Source: Phycisphaeraceae bacterium (lineage in GTDB: Bacteria; Planctomycetota; Phycisphaerae; Phycisphaerales; Zrk34). From it: a DNA stretch of 64,000 nucleotides. Below are positions 10,866 through 19,777 of the stretch, one piece after another. Each line of letters starts with the position of its first letter. The first letter of the stretch is position 1. A model generated the notes under the pieces. The model made no database searches. It was not told the origin of the DNA and saw only the letters and a list, made by a program, of their open reading frames with translations. Both the position numbers and the translations under genes were made by a program. The stretch spans positions 1-64,000 of the forward strand of contig JBBDRF010000082.1 of the NCBI GenBank assembly GCA_040905565.1. The letters are read 5' to 3'.

Positions 10866-11138
10866 ATGCCCGACCGCCCGGACTACATTCTGGATATCCC
10901 CAGTCTCGCAAGCGACGCAGCAGAGCAGGGCGCGTCGGCCGGCTCACAGGCGGACGATCACACGCTGAAGGGGCGGCCGTGGCTGTCGATCTACTGGCGC
11001 TGCTGCCACGTCTATTCTCGGATCTATCGCAATCGTGAGCAGACGGCTTACGCCGGTTACTGCCCGGGTTGCCGTCGGCATGTGAAGGCGACGATCGGCG
11101 AGAACGGCACGAACTGCCGGCTGTTTTACGCGGAATAG
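10866..11138 (+). CDS. Small conserved Cys-rich hypothetical protein (possible Zn ribbon)
   Basis: WRCCHVYSRIYRN...YAGYCPGC; GGAG RBS. Confidence 0.75.
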   Translation: MPDRPDYILDIPSLASDAAEQGASAGSQADDHTLKGRPWLSIYWRCCHVYSRIYRNREQTAYAGYCPGCRRHVKATIGENGTNCRLFYAE

Positions 11139-11148
11139 GGCGTGTGTT

Positions 11149-11448
11149 TCAGCGTTCGATGGAGCGGCCGGATTCGTCCATCTCGATGTCGCGGACGCGG
11201 CCGCTTGATTTGTTGCCGGTGAGTCCGGTCCATCCGAAGAGGAAATCGCCGGTGTTCTCGAGGCCGCGGCCGAGCGATTCGCCGAAATCCTCCTCGGGCT
11301 CCTCGGGTTCCGCCGTGCGGTACTGTGAGCCGACCCAGCTGTTCTCCGTGCCGACCACACGCTCCTGGCAGCCGACGCTCCCCAGCATCAGCACGCCGAG
11401 CACGCTTACCACCAACGCCGACTTAATCATGTGCCGCTTCTCTCTCAT
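11149..11448 (-). CDS. Small lipoprotein
   Basis: Lipobox ..LGSVGC; TACAAT 7 nt upstream of ATG. Confidence 0.65.
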   Translation of the reverse strand: MREKRHMIKSALVVSVLGVLMLGSVGCQERVVGTENSWVGSQYRTAEPEEPEEDFGESLGRGLENTGDFLFGWTGLTGNKSSGRVRDIEMDESGRSIER

Positions 11449-11563
11449 AGCGATGATTGTACCGCTCCCGCGCGCCGGCTTCGACGCATTTTCCTCGCCT
11501 ATGAAGTTGCCCCGTGCGGCAGCCCCACCGCCGTTGGTTGCCGCCGAGCCTATACTGTGACCG

Positions 11564-12814
11564 ATGGCTACTTTGCAAAGATGTGTCGTCTTCGGATTGC
11601 TTTTCGCTTGCATCAACGTTGCGTCGTTGCGAGGCGAAGAGCCTGACGCTGCGGTGCTGCGAATGCTTCTGGAGCGGGTGCAGCAGCTGGATTTCGACGA
11701 CGCCGAGGCGGTGCACGAAGTGGCTGAGTGGGCCCGCAAGCGGGGACTGCATGCGTACGCGTTGGAGCTTTACGACCGCGTGCTTGATGCCGACCCCCAG
11801 CACGCAGCCGCCCACGCGCAGTTGGTCGATCTCACCGCCCGGCGGGGCATCGCCGACGACGCAGCGCTTCGTAAGGAACTTGGCGAGGCGTTGCCGGGGT
11901 TCAACCTGCACGTGACGGACCATTTTGTGATCGTCTACGACACGGACCGTGAAGCTGCTGAGGAACGTGCTGCATTGCTGGAGCGGACGCACACGATGTT
12001 CTATCGCACGTTCGATCGGGCTGATTTTCTAACGCGGCCGTTGCGGGAGAAGCTGGTCGTGATTTTGTTCGCCGACCGTCAGGATTTTCAGACCTACGCA
12101 GCGGAACGCGACGCGGTGCATCATGACTGGTCGCTTGGGCATTACTCAGCCCGCACGAATCGCGTCGCCTTTTACCATGAGCCGACCGGCACCGCCCTGG
12201 CGCGTTACGCCGAGCGCGTGGCGGTACTGGAAGCGGAAGTGCGTGAGCATGAGGAGGGTGATCGGGCTGCCGATCGGCGTCGCGCGGAGGCTGAGCTATC
12301 GCGTTTGCGCGCCAGGCACACCCGGCTGGCCGAGGCCACCGACACGGCCCGCACCACGCATGAAGCCACGCACCAACTGGCTTTCAACGCAGGCCTGCTA
12401 CGGCGGGGCGTGGTGCATCCCATCTGGATCGTCGAAGGCATGGCGACGAACTTCGAAGCCCTTCAAAGCGATGCGACCTTCGGCCCGCGCGTGGCGAATC
12501 CCTACCGGCGCAGTGCTCTCGTCGAAGCGGTCCGCGGGGATGCGCTGCTCCCGTTGGCGGAGTTGATCGTGCAAGTTCATTCGCCTGGAGACAACAAGGC
12601 CGCTCGCGATCTTTATGCCCAGTCGTGGGCGTTGTTCCGCTACCTTTTCCGCCGCCACCCCGAGCAGCTGCGCGATTACCTCGCTGCCCTGTACACCTTT
12701 GAGCGCGACCGCCACGATCCCGACGCACTCCACGAAGCGTTCACCCAAGCCTTCGGCGAACTCGACATCTTCGAACCACGCTTCACCGCCTACGTCCGCT
12801 CGGCGGATCCCTGA
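11564..12814 (+). CDS. DUF1570-like secreted zincin protein
   Basis: Signal peptide, TPR-like N-terminus, TDHFVIVYD, HEATHQL, WIVEGMATNFE, YAQSWAL. Confidence 0.85.
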   Translation: MATLQRCVVFGLLFACINVASLRGEEPDAAVLRMLLERVQQLDFDDAEAVHEVAEWARKRGLHAYALELYDRVLDADPQHAAAHAQLVDLTARRGIADDAALRKELGEALPGFNLHVTDHFVIVYDTDREAAEERAALLERTHTMFYRTFDRADFLTRPLREKLVVILFADRQDFQTYAAERDAVHHDWSLGHYSARTNRVAFYHEPTGTALARYAERVAVLEAEVREHEEGDRAADRRRAEAELSRLRARHTRLAEATDTARTTHEATHQLAFNAGLLRRGVVHPIWIVEGMATNFEALQSDATFGPRVANPYRRSALVEAVRGDALLPLAELIVQVHSPGDNKAARDLYAQSWALFRYLFRRHPEQLRDYLAALYTFERDRHDPDALHEAFTQAFGELDIFEPRFTAYVRSADP

Positions 12815-12823
12815 GAAGAGGTA

Positions 12824-12981
12824 TAACCACAGAGGCACGGAGAGGGAGGAGGTAAGAGAAGAGGAGACTGAGAAAAACAGGTGAAAGATGGTTCATCACA
12901 AGGGTGAGCTGAAGGCTCTGCGAGAAAGTTCGCTTTCTTCTCTTCCCCGTCTTCTCCTCTTCCTCTGTGCCTCTGTGGTTA
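12824..12981. repeat. Long inverted-repeat, MITE-like element
   Basis: taaccacagaggcacggag ... ctctgtgcctctgtggtta (18/19 match); purine-rich left arm, pyrimidine-rich right arm. Confidence 0.7.
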
Positions 12982-13040
12982 AACCCTTCCGGATTCGCCC
13001 GCGCTTTTGCGATCGGCGTTCGCGCTCTATGCTGGGCGGT

Positions 13041-13565
13041 ATGGAATGGCCGAACGTTTGGGCACCTTGGCGAATTGAGTACATCAGGCAGTTGCCGCGT
13101 GACGGCGGCGCGCCGGCGTGTTTTCTATGTGATGCGTGGCAGCGGCCCGAGGACGATGATGCACTGCTTGTGCTGCATCGCTCCCCCGCTGCCATGATCC
13201 TGATGAACCGCTTCCCCTATACCAGTGGCCATTTGATGGTCGTCCCTGCTGAACATGCGGGCGACCTGGTGGATCTGACCAGCACGGTCCGCTGCGAGAT
13301 CATCGAACTGATTGCGCTGGCGGAACGGCTGATTCAGACGGTGCTGAATCCGCAGGGGCTGAACATCGGCTTCAACATCGGCCGGGCTGCGGGGGCCGGG
13401 CTGCCCGGTCACGTTCACGCGCATCTTGTGCCACGCTGGGGGGGCGATACGAATTTTATCAGTGTGGTCGGACAGGTCCGCGTGATTCCGCAGGCCATGC
13501 AGGAAACGTTCGAGGAATTGAAAGCCGCCCTGCCCGGCGTGCTGGAGGACGGCAACGGTGAATGA
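13041..13565 (+). CDS. HIT-family hydrolase (Ap4A hydrolase/phosphorylase type)
   Basis: WAPWR, CFLC, NRFPYTSGH, HVHAHLVPRW. Confidence 0.93.
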   Translation: MEWPNVWAPWRIEYIRQLPRDGGAPACFLCDAWQRPEDDDALLVLHRSPAAMILMNRFPYTSGHLMVVPAEHAGDLVDLTSTVRCEIIELIALAERLIQTVLNPQGLNIGFNIGRAAGAGLPGHVHAHLVPRWGGDTNFISVVGQVRVIPQAMQETFEELKAALPGVLEDGNGE

Positions 13566-15096
13566 CAATCCCTCCCCTACCGCTGGAACGGTTTACCTCG
13601 TCGGAGCCGGGCCGGGCGATCCAAGCCTCATCACCGTGGCAGCGGTGCGGGCACTGGCGCAGGCGGACGTGATCGTGTTCGATGCCCTGGCGAACGCTGA
13701 GTTGCTCAGTTATGCCCGCGCGGACGTTGAACTGATCGATGCGGGCAAACGCGCGAAACAACACAAGCTGACGCAGGATGAGACGAACGCTCTGCTGGCT
13801 GAGCACGCCCTGGCGGGCAGGACGGTTGTGCGGCTCAAAGGCGGCGATCCCTACGTGTTCGGCCGGGGCTCGGAAGAGGCGATGTACCTGCACAGTCGAG
13901 GCGTGCGTGCGGTCGTGATCCCCGGCATCACCGCCGCCATGGCCGGCCCCGCGTACGCCGGAATTCCGGTCACGCATCGCAACGTGGCCACCACGGTGAC
14001 GTTCATCACCGGCCACGAAAACCCGACCAAGGGCGAACTGCAGACGGACTACCGAGGCCTGTCGCTGCTCGCCCAACGCGGCGGCACGCTTTGCTTCTAC
14101 ATGGGCATGGGCCGACTCAGCGGCATCGTCGACGAACTGCATCGCCACGGCCTGCCGCTGGACACGCCCGCAGCCGTCGTGCAGTGGGGCACGCTGCCGC
14201 GGCAACGCTCGGTCCGTGCTGCGATGAGCGACCTGCAGGACGCGGTCGAACGGGCGGGCCTCGGCGCCCCGGCCATCATCGTCATCGGGCCCGTGGCAGC
14301 GGTCGACAAGGAAGGCGCGCTGCGATGGTTCGAAGATCGTCCGCTGTTCGGTCAGCGTGTCGTCATTACGCGGACGCGCCACCAGGCCTCGACGCTTAAA
14401 GAGGAACTGGAAATGCTCGGGGCGGAGGTGCTTGAAGCGCCGACGATCGAGATTCAACCCACCACCGAGATGGGCCCGATCGATGCTGCCATCCGCAACG
14501 TGAAGCAGTACGACTGGCTGATCCTCACCTCCGCCAACGGCGTCACCGCCCTGCGCGAACGCATGGCCCTGCTGAAACTCGATGCGCGTCATCTGGCGGG
14601 CGTGAAGATCGCTGCGGTCGGCGACACCACCGTGGCGGCCCTCGAGCAGATCGGCATCGGGGCGGACTTGGTGCCGACGCGTTACGTGGCTGAGTCGCTG
14701 GCCTCGGATCTGCTTGAGCGGGAGTCGATGCAGGGCAAGCGGGTGCTGATGCTTCGCGCTGATATCGCCCGTCCGCTGTTGCGCGAGAAGCTCGAACAGG
14801 CGGGCGCGACCGTGGCCGACCTGCCGATCTACGAGACGCGGCAGCCGACGGGTTTGCCGGCGAATGTCGTGGAAGCACTCGAATCCGACGCGGTGGATTG
14901 GGTGACCTTCACCAGCTCATCCACGGTGCGAAACTTCGTCGAACTGCTCGGCGAGAAGCGCGACCTGCTGGCGAAGACAAAGCTCGCCAGCATCGGTCCG
15001 ATCACGTCGCAGACGATCCGCGACCTCGGTCTGGAGCCGACGCTCGAGGCTGAGGAGCACAATGTTCAGGGTTTGGTGGCGGCGCTGAGGGCATAG
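13558..15096 (+). CDS. cobA: Uroporphyrinogen-III C-methyltransferase / synthase fusion (CobA-HemD)
   Basis: VYLVGAGPGDP, RLKGGDPYVFGRG; C-half with ITR, TSANGV, FTSSSTV, SIGPIT. Confidence 0.95.
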   Translation: MNDNPSPTAGTVYLVGAGPGDPSLITVAAVRALAQADVIVFDALANAELLSYARADVELIDAGKRAKQHKLTQDETNALLAEHALAGRTVVRLKGGDPYVFGRGSEEAMYLHSRGVRAVVIPGITAAMAGPAYAGIPVTHRNVATTVTFITGHENPTKGELQTDYRGLSLLAQRGGTLCFYMGMGRLSGIVDELHRHGLPLDTPAAVVQWGTLPRQRSVRAAMSDLQDAVERAGLGAPAIIVIGPVAAVDKEGALRWFEDRPLFGQRVVITRTRHQASTLKEELEMLGAEVLEAPTIEIQPTTEMGPIDAAIRNVKQYDWLILTSANGVTALRERMALLKLDARHLAGVKIAAVGDTTVAALEQIGIGADLVPTRYVAESLASDLLERESMQGKRVLMLRADIARPLLREKLEQAGATVADLPIYETRQPTGLPANVVEALESDAVDWVTFTSSSTVRNFVELLGEKRDLLAKTKLASIGPITSQTIRDLGLEPTLEAEEHNVQGLVAALRA

Positions 15097-15098
15097 GG

Positions 15099-15208
15099 GG
15101 GTGCCCCGGCCAGCGAGCGCAGCGAGACGGCCGGGCTTCCCGAACCTATGCGAAGTCCACAACTGATGTCGCGATCCCGCCCGGCCGTCTTCGCTGGCCG
15201 GGGCACCC
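15099..15208. repeat. Inverted pair of REP-like family B repeats between convergent genes
   Basis: gggtgccccggccagcga..agacggccggg and its reverse complement at 15180-15208; related copy at 22453-22491. Confidence 0.75.
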
Positions 15209-15229
15209 ATACGTCGCCCGCTAACGTTG

Positions 15230-16288
15230 TTATTCGTCGTTCTGGATGGCGTACCAGGCGAACCAGCGGGTGCGGAGGGTGGGCTTGAGGTCGTCGGCGG
15301 TGCGGTCTTGATTGCCGCCGTCCTGCACCTGCCAGCCGTCTGCGGTCTGCTGGATGATGACGGGGTCCATCGGGCCGCGATCATCGTCAGTACCCGGCTG
15401 ACGATCGACGGGAAACTGCAATTCGCCTGCTGCGTAGTAGCGGGTCCAAGGCTCGGAGACATACGCCCGGCGTTGCTCCCGCACGGCCTCCAACACCGTC
15501 GTCCGCGGCTGCATCTCACGCCAATCCGCCCAGCGCCCGATCCACGTCGGCACGAGCGTCAACTCGGCTGCTTCGTCAGCTGAATCGCCCGCCAGAGGCC
15601 CGGCGATCGCCCGCATGCGAAGCTGACTCCACAAGCTCACCTGCGTGAGGTCTTCGGTCGCTCCCTCGTCTTCGCTGTTCTCGACGATGTTGTACATCAC
15701 CAGGTTCGAGTTGCTGAGCAAGCCGCTGTAGCCGAACCGCAACGCGGTGCTTTCGCCATCGACTTCCACGGCCCGATCGAACACCGCGACGCTGTCGGCG
15801 ATGGGGCTGTAGGTGACGGCGATGGGCCGACCGCCGACTACGTCGTTCACGATCTCATGGCCGCGCATGATCTGGATGGGGTACGCCCGAGCCTCGCCAT
15901 CGACGACGACGCCGATGACCTGCTCATCATCGTGCACCACCGGCCAGAGCGGGTGGTCGCTCAATGAGTCGACCTCGGCCAGCGTCAGCACATCGGGCTC
16001 ATGCAGGACGATCTGTTCATCGCGCAGCATCCGTGCGGAGACGAGCGTTTCGCGGTTCACGTTGAGATTGGAAAGATCGTACCCGTAGCTTTCGACCGTG
16101 CGGCCGTCGCCCAGCGCTGTCTGCCGCAGCTGCCAACCTTCGTAGATGGCGCCGGCGATGGCGAGGACGAAGGCGACGCCGAGGAAAGCTGCCAGTGCGA
16201 TGAGCGTGCGTCGCCCTTCGGGGCGGAGCGGGGCCGTTCCCTTGCGGCCGAACTTCCATTGCGGCTGTTCGGTGGCATGATCAGTCAC
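15230..16288 (-). CDS. DUF3179-like membrane-anchored protein
   Basis: N-terminal TM; VIGV..GEARAYP, HEIVND, FGYSGLLSNSNLVMY, SLWSQ; GTG start overlaps the cyoE stop. Confidence 0.8.
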   Translation of the reverse strand: MTDHATEQPQWKFGRKGTAPLRPEGRRTLIALAAFLGVAFVLAIAGAIYEGWQLRQTALGDGRTVESYGYDLSNLNVNRETLVSARMLRDEQIVLHEPDVLTLAEVDSLSDHPLWPVVHDDEQVIGVVVDGEARAYPIQIMRGHEIVNDVVGGRPIAVTYSPIADSVAVFDRAVEVDGESTALRFGYSGLLSNSNLVMYNIVENSEDEGATEDLTQVSLWSQLRMRAIAGPLAGDSADEAAELTLVPTWIGRWADWREMQPRTTVLEAVREQRRAYVSEPWTRYYAAGELQFPVDRQPGTDDDRGPMDPVIIQQTADGWQVQDGGNQDRTADDLKPTLRTRWFAWYAIQNDE

Positions 16289-17354
16289 GTTGCACCAACC
16301 TCCCAAGCGTTGCGGTTTCCGCGGCGGTTTCGTCTGCTTCAAGCGTCGGCGTGGTCGGCTCAGCGGGCGGCTGCGCTTCCTGCAAGACGGTAGTCGGCTC
16401 AGGCCAATCGGCTTCGACGACGGTGCTGCGATCGACGACCATCACGATCAGCAGCAGGGGCAGATAGATCACGGAACCGAGGAAAAGCCGTTTGGCCTCG
16501 GCCTCGTTACGCTGCTGCGTCAGGCCCCACGCCAGTTTCACAAGCCAGAGCGTGAGCGCCAGCGAAGCGACGGCGAAAAGCCAGCCGGTCATGCCGACCT
16601 GGGCGGCGACCACGCCGAGCGGTAGCAGGGCGACGCTCCACATCAACGCAGCATGGCTGGTGAGCCGACCGCTGGGGTCGATGATGGGCAGCATTCGGTA
16701 GCCGCCGATTTCGTAATCTTTGCGGTACATCCACGCGAGTGCGAGGAAGTGAGGAATCTGCCAGATGAAGAGGATGGCCCCGAGCACCCATGCCCCAGCC
16801 CCGAACGAGCCGGTCGCGGCGACCCAGCCGATCATCGGCGGCACCGCGCCCACGATGCCGCCGACCATCGTGTTCAGCGTGCTTCGGGTTTTCATGGGGG
16901 TGTAGACAAAAACGTAAAGCAGCAGCGTCAGCAGCGCCAGCCCGGCAGCGGCGAAGCTGACGAGTGCAGCCAGAAGCGTGACGCCCCAGCCGCCCGCCAG
17001 CACGGCCATCGCGACGGCATGCATGGTGCCGATTCTGCCCGAAGGCAGCGGGCGTCCCTGAGTGCGGCGCATCAGGCTGTCACGTTCGCGTTCCCAAACC
17101 TGGTTCAGAGCGTTGGCGGACCCGGCTGCAAGGGCGGTGCCGATGACGGTCCAGAGAAGCTGCAGCCAGTTAATGCCTGTGCCTTCGAGAACCGCCCCAC
17201 TGCCGAGGACGTACCCGACGCCGGTGGTGGCGACGACCATCCCGCTCAGCCGTGCCTTGCCGAGCTCCATGTAGATACTCGGCAGCTCGCGCAGGCGCGC
17301 GGGGCCGTGGAGGATCGGACTATTTAAGGGCGCTGAGATTGTTGTCTGGGTCAT
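16281..17354 (-). CDS. cyoE: Protoheme IX farnesyltransferase (heme O synthase)
   Basis: NQVWERERDSLMRRT..RPLPSG, YTPMK, GAVPP, WQIPHF, DY..GG..MLP. Confidence 0.95.
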   Translation of the reverse strand: MTQTTISAPLNSPILHGPARLRELPSIYMELGKARLSGMVVATTGVGYVLGSGAVLEGTGINWLQLLWTVIGTALAAGSANALNQVWERERDSLMRRTQGRPLPSGRIGTMHAVAMAVLAGGWGVTLLAALVSFAAAGLALLTLLLYVFVYTPMKTRSTLNTMVGGIVGAVPPMIGWVAATGSFGAGAWVLGAILFIWQIPHFLALAWMYRKDYEIGGYRMLPIIDPSGRLTSHAALMWSVALLPLGVVAAQVGMTGWLFAVASLALTLWLVKLAWGLTQQRNEAEAKRLFLGSVIYLPLLLIVMVVDRSTVVEADWPEPTTVLQEAQPPAEPTTPTLEADETAAETATLGRLVQRD

Positions 17355-17586
17355 CGCTACCGCACTCGCTTAAGGCCTCCCCTGCCGCTGACCATCGGGC
17401 AAGCGGGTCAAAGATAGTAGAGCGATCCCCGGCCCCGGGCAAGGGCTTGCGACGCCGGCAAGAGCGCTAACAATGGGTTGCCTCTTGCAGAATGGAGTTG
17501 GAGCGCTAATAATGGTAGGTCGCGATCCGCTCGGCGGGTCGTGTTCGCTTATTCCCTACTCCCTACAGAGGATCGGTGACCAGCTT

Positions 17587-17790
17587 ATGTCCATTCGCAT
17601 CAAAGCCCGCAGCGGTGAGTCGGCTGAGCAAATGCTCCGTCGCTTTAAGAAGTTGTGTGAAAAAGAAGGCCTGACCAAAGACGTTAAGAAGCACGCCTAC
17701 TACGAGAAGCCTTCCGAGCGTCGCCGCCGCGCCCAGCGCAAGAGCGCCAAGCGTATGCAGAAGGTCGGCCCGCCTCCCCGCCGCGCCTGA
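17587..17790 (+). CDS. rpsU: 30S ribosomal protein S21
   Basis: LRRFKK..EK.G...YYEKPSERRRR. Confidence 0.95.
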   Translation: MSIRIKARSGESAEQMLRRFKKLCEKEGLTKDVKKHAYYEKPSERRRRAQRKSAKRMQKVGPPPRRA

Positions 17791-17854
17791 TAAGGATCGC
17801 CCCCGCCTGACCCGCGCCCTCAGCGGCGGATTTGGTCCGGGGACTGATACGCGA

Positions 17855-18310
17855 ATGATTGAATCGCCATCTCCACAGCCCGGCGACGAAGGGCAGCAGG
17901 CCGCGGCCAGAACGTTCGCCTGTCATGCAGCGCGTCTGCTGGCCGACAGCCACTGCGAACAGACGCTGGTGCTGGACGTCCGCGGGATCAGCCAGGTCAC
18001 CGATTTCCTGGTCATCACCACCGGCACGTCGGACCGACAGATCCGCTCGCTTGGGCAGGATCTCAAAGACCTCGGCCGCCTTGAGGACCATCAGCCCCTC
18101 AGCCTCCACGGCACCGATACAGGGCAGTGGGTCGTGGTCGATTTCGCCGACGTGGTGGTCCACCTCTTCGAAGCGGAAGTTCGGACCTACTACGATCTTG
18201 AGTCGCTTTGGGCGGACGGCAAAACCGTCGACTGGGAAGCGGTCACCGAGCCCGGGCAGTTCGCTCGCCTTGCCGCCCAGCGGAGCGCTCAAAAAGAAGA
18301 CCGATCGTAA
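17855..18310 (+). CDS. rsfS: Ribosome silencing factor
   Basis: VLDVRGIS..TDFLVI.TG.SDRQ, WVVVDFADVVVHLF, R.YYDLESLW. Confidence 0.95.
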   Translation: MIESPSPQPGDEGQQAAARTFACHAARLLADSHCEQTLVLDVRGISQVTDFLVITTGTSDRQIRSLGQDLKDLGRLEDHQPLSLHGTDTGQWVVVDFADVVVHLFEAEVRTYYDLESLWADGKTVDWEAVTEPGQFARLAAQRSAQKEDRS

Positions 18311-18382
18311 GGTTTCAGCGTGGTGTCAAACAGGAAAGTCGCCCGTGGACTGACTAGGATATGACCGGTCCAGAGAGTAGCC

Positions 18383-18775
18383 ATGTTCTGTAAAGTACTA
18401 CGAGCCAAGATCCATCGCGCCACCGTCACCGAGACCGATCCCGACTACGTCGGCTCGATCACGATTGACGAAGACCTGCTCCGCGCCACCGGCATCAAGC
18501 CCAACGAAGTGGTGCTGATCGCGGACTGCGAGAACGGCGCCCGCTTCGAGACGTATGTCGTCAAGGGCAAAGCAGGATCGGGCATCATCGGCATCAACGG
18601 CGCTGCGGCTCGGCTGGTCAACATGGGTGACAAGGTCATCATCTTCGCACACCTGCTGATGCATCCCGATCAGGTCGACGACCACTACGCGAACGTCGTC
18701 CTCGTCGGCGAAGACAACCAGATCACCCGCCAACTGCAGTACCCCAGCACACTCGAAGAAAACCTCCCCGTCTAA
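18383..18775 (+). CDS. panD: Aspartate 1-decarboxylase
   Basis: KIHRATVT, YVGSITID, NGARFETY, INGAAAR. Confidence 0.97.
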   Translation: MFCKVLRAKIHRATVTETDPDYVGSITIDEDLLRATGIKPNEVVLIADCENGARFETYVVKGKAGSGIIGINGAAARLVNMGDKVIIFAHLLMHPDQVDDHYANVVLVGEDNQITRQLQYPSTLEENLPV

Positions 18776-18875
18776 CCCCCCCCACCTTGTTCCCGACGCG
18801 TGGCGGGTCGTTGGTTTCCCCCTCGTTTGGCGGACGATTGCAGATCGCCGCCCGCCCCACCACTCCCCCCATCAA

Positions 18876-19691
18876 TCAATGCACCAACCGATCCGCGAGC
18901 AGGTCCACCACGGCTGCGGGGCTTTCAACGTTCAGCCAGTGGCCGCCGGGCACGTGATGCAGATGTAGGCGTGGGTTCCGCTTGGCTGCATCGTTGATGC
19001 GTCGGCAGGCTGAGGGGCTGAGCACGTCCGAATCGTCAGCCTTGATAAATTCCAGCCGAAGCCCGTTCGTGTCCCGCTCGACAACGTTCCAGAGGTCGGC
19101 TGCGTAGAAATCCCGCAGCAGCCTTTCGATGCGGTCGATGTCAAAACGCCAGACCATCCCGTCGCCCTGCCTGCGGACGAGGTTCATCGCCATCCACCTC
19201 GCGACCGGCTCCGCCACGCCTTGATCCATCAGTGCAGCGACCGCCTCCTCACGGTCGGCGAATGGGCCCGGCAGGCGACGCACGGTGTTGAGCATGCCCC
19301 AGCCGTGGCCGGTCGGCTCGGCGGACTCGGGGCTTGAGTCGGCGATCCACGCTTGCGAGAGGCCGTCGGCGAGTTCGGCATAGCGCAGCGCGACCTTCCC
19401 GCCGAACGAATGGCCCAGCACGCCCGCCGCGGCGATCTGCTCCGCTTCGACGAACTCAAGCAGTGCGTCGGCTGCCCCGTCGAGCGTCGGCTTCGCTTTC
19501 ACTTTCGTGCTCTTGCCATGCTCGGGCAGGTCGACAAGGACGACGCCCCAGTCCGGCCGCCGCTCCACAACCTGCCGCGCCACGTGCGACCAGTTCCGCC
19601 CGGTCCCGAAGATGCCGTGCAGCATCAGCAGCCATTTCTCAGGGGCTGCGTCCGCCTGTGTCACCCGATCATGATGCAACATTGTCGTCAT
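18876..19691 (-). CDS. Alpha/beta hydrolase (YbfF/ABHD11-like esterase)
   Basis: LHGIFGTGRNW, GHSFGGK, GHWL. Confidence 0.9.
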   Translation of the reverse strand: MTTMLHHDRVTQADAAPEKWLLMLHGIFGTGRNWSHVARQVVERRPDWGVVLVDLPEHGKSTKVKAKPTLDGAADALLEFVEAEQIAAAGVLGHSFGGKVALRYAELADGLSQAWIADSSPESAEPTGHGWGMLNTVRRLPGPFADREEAVAALMDQGVAEPVARWMAMNLVRRQGDGMVWRFDIDRIERLLRDFYAADLWNVVERDTNGLRLEFIKADDSDVLSPSACRRINDAAKRNPRLHLHHVPGGHWLNVESPAAVVDLLADRLVH

Positions 19692-19777
19692 ATGCCTGCT
19701 ACCTTTGCCGCCCCCCACACACCGCCACAAGGTCCCCCCCACCGCCAAAAAAAACATGCGGAACAAGGCGGGGGGGG

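Noticed and set aside
12888..13040. N-terminal extension of the HIT ORF
   Set aside because: It runs through the inverted-repeat element; the family-like start is ATG 13041
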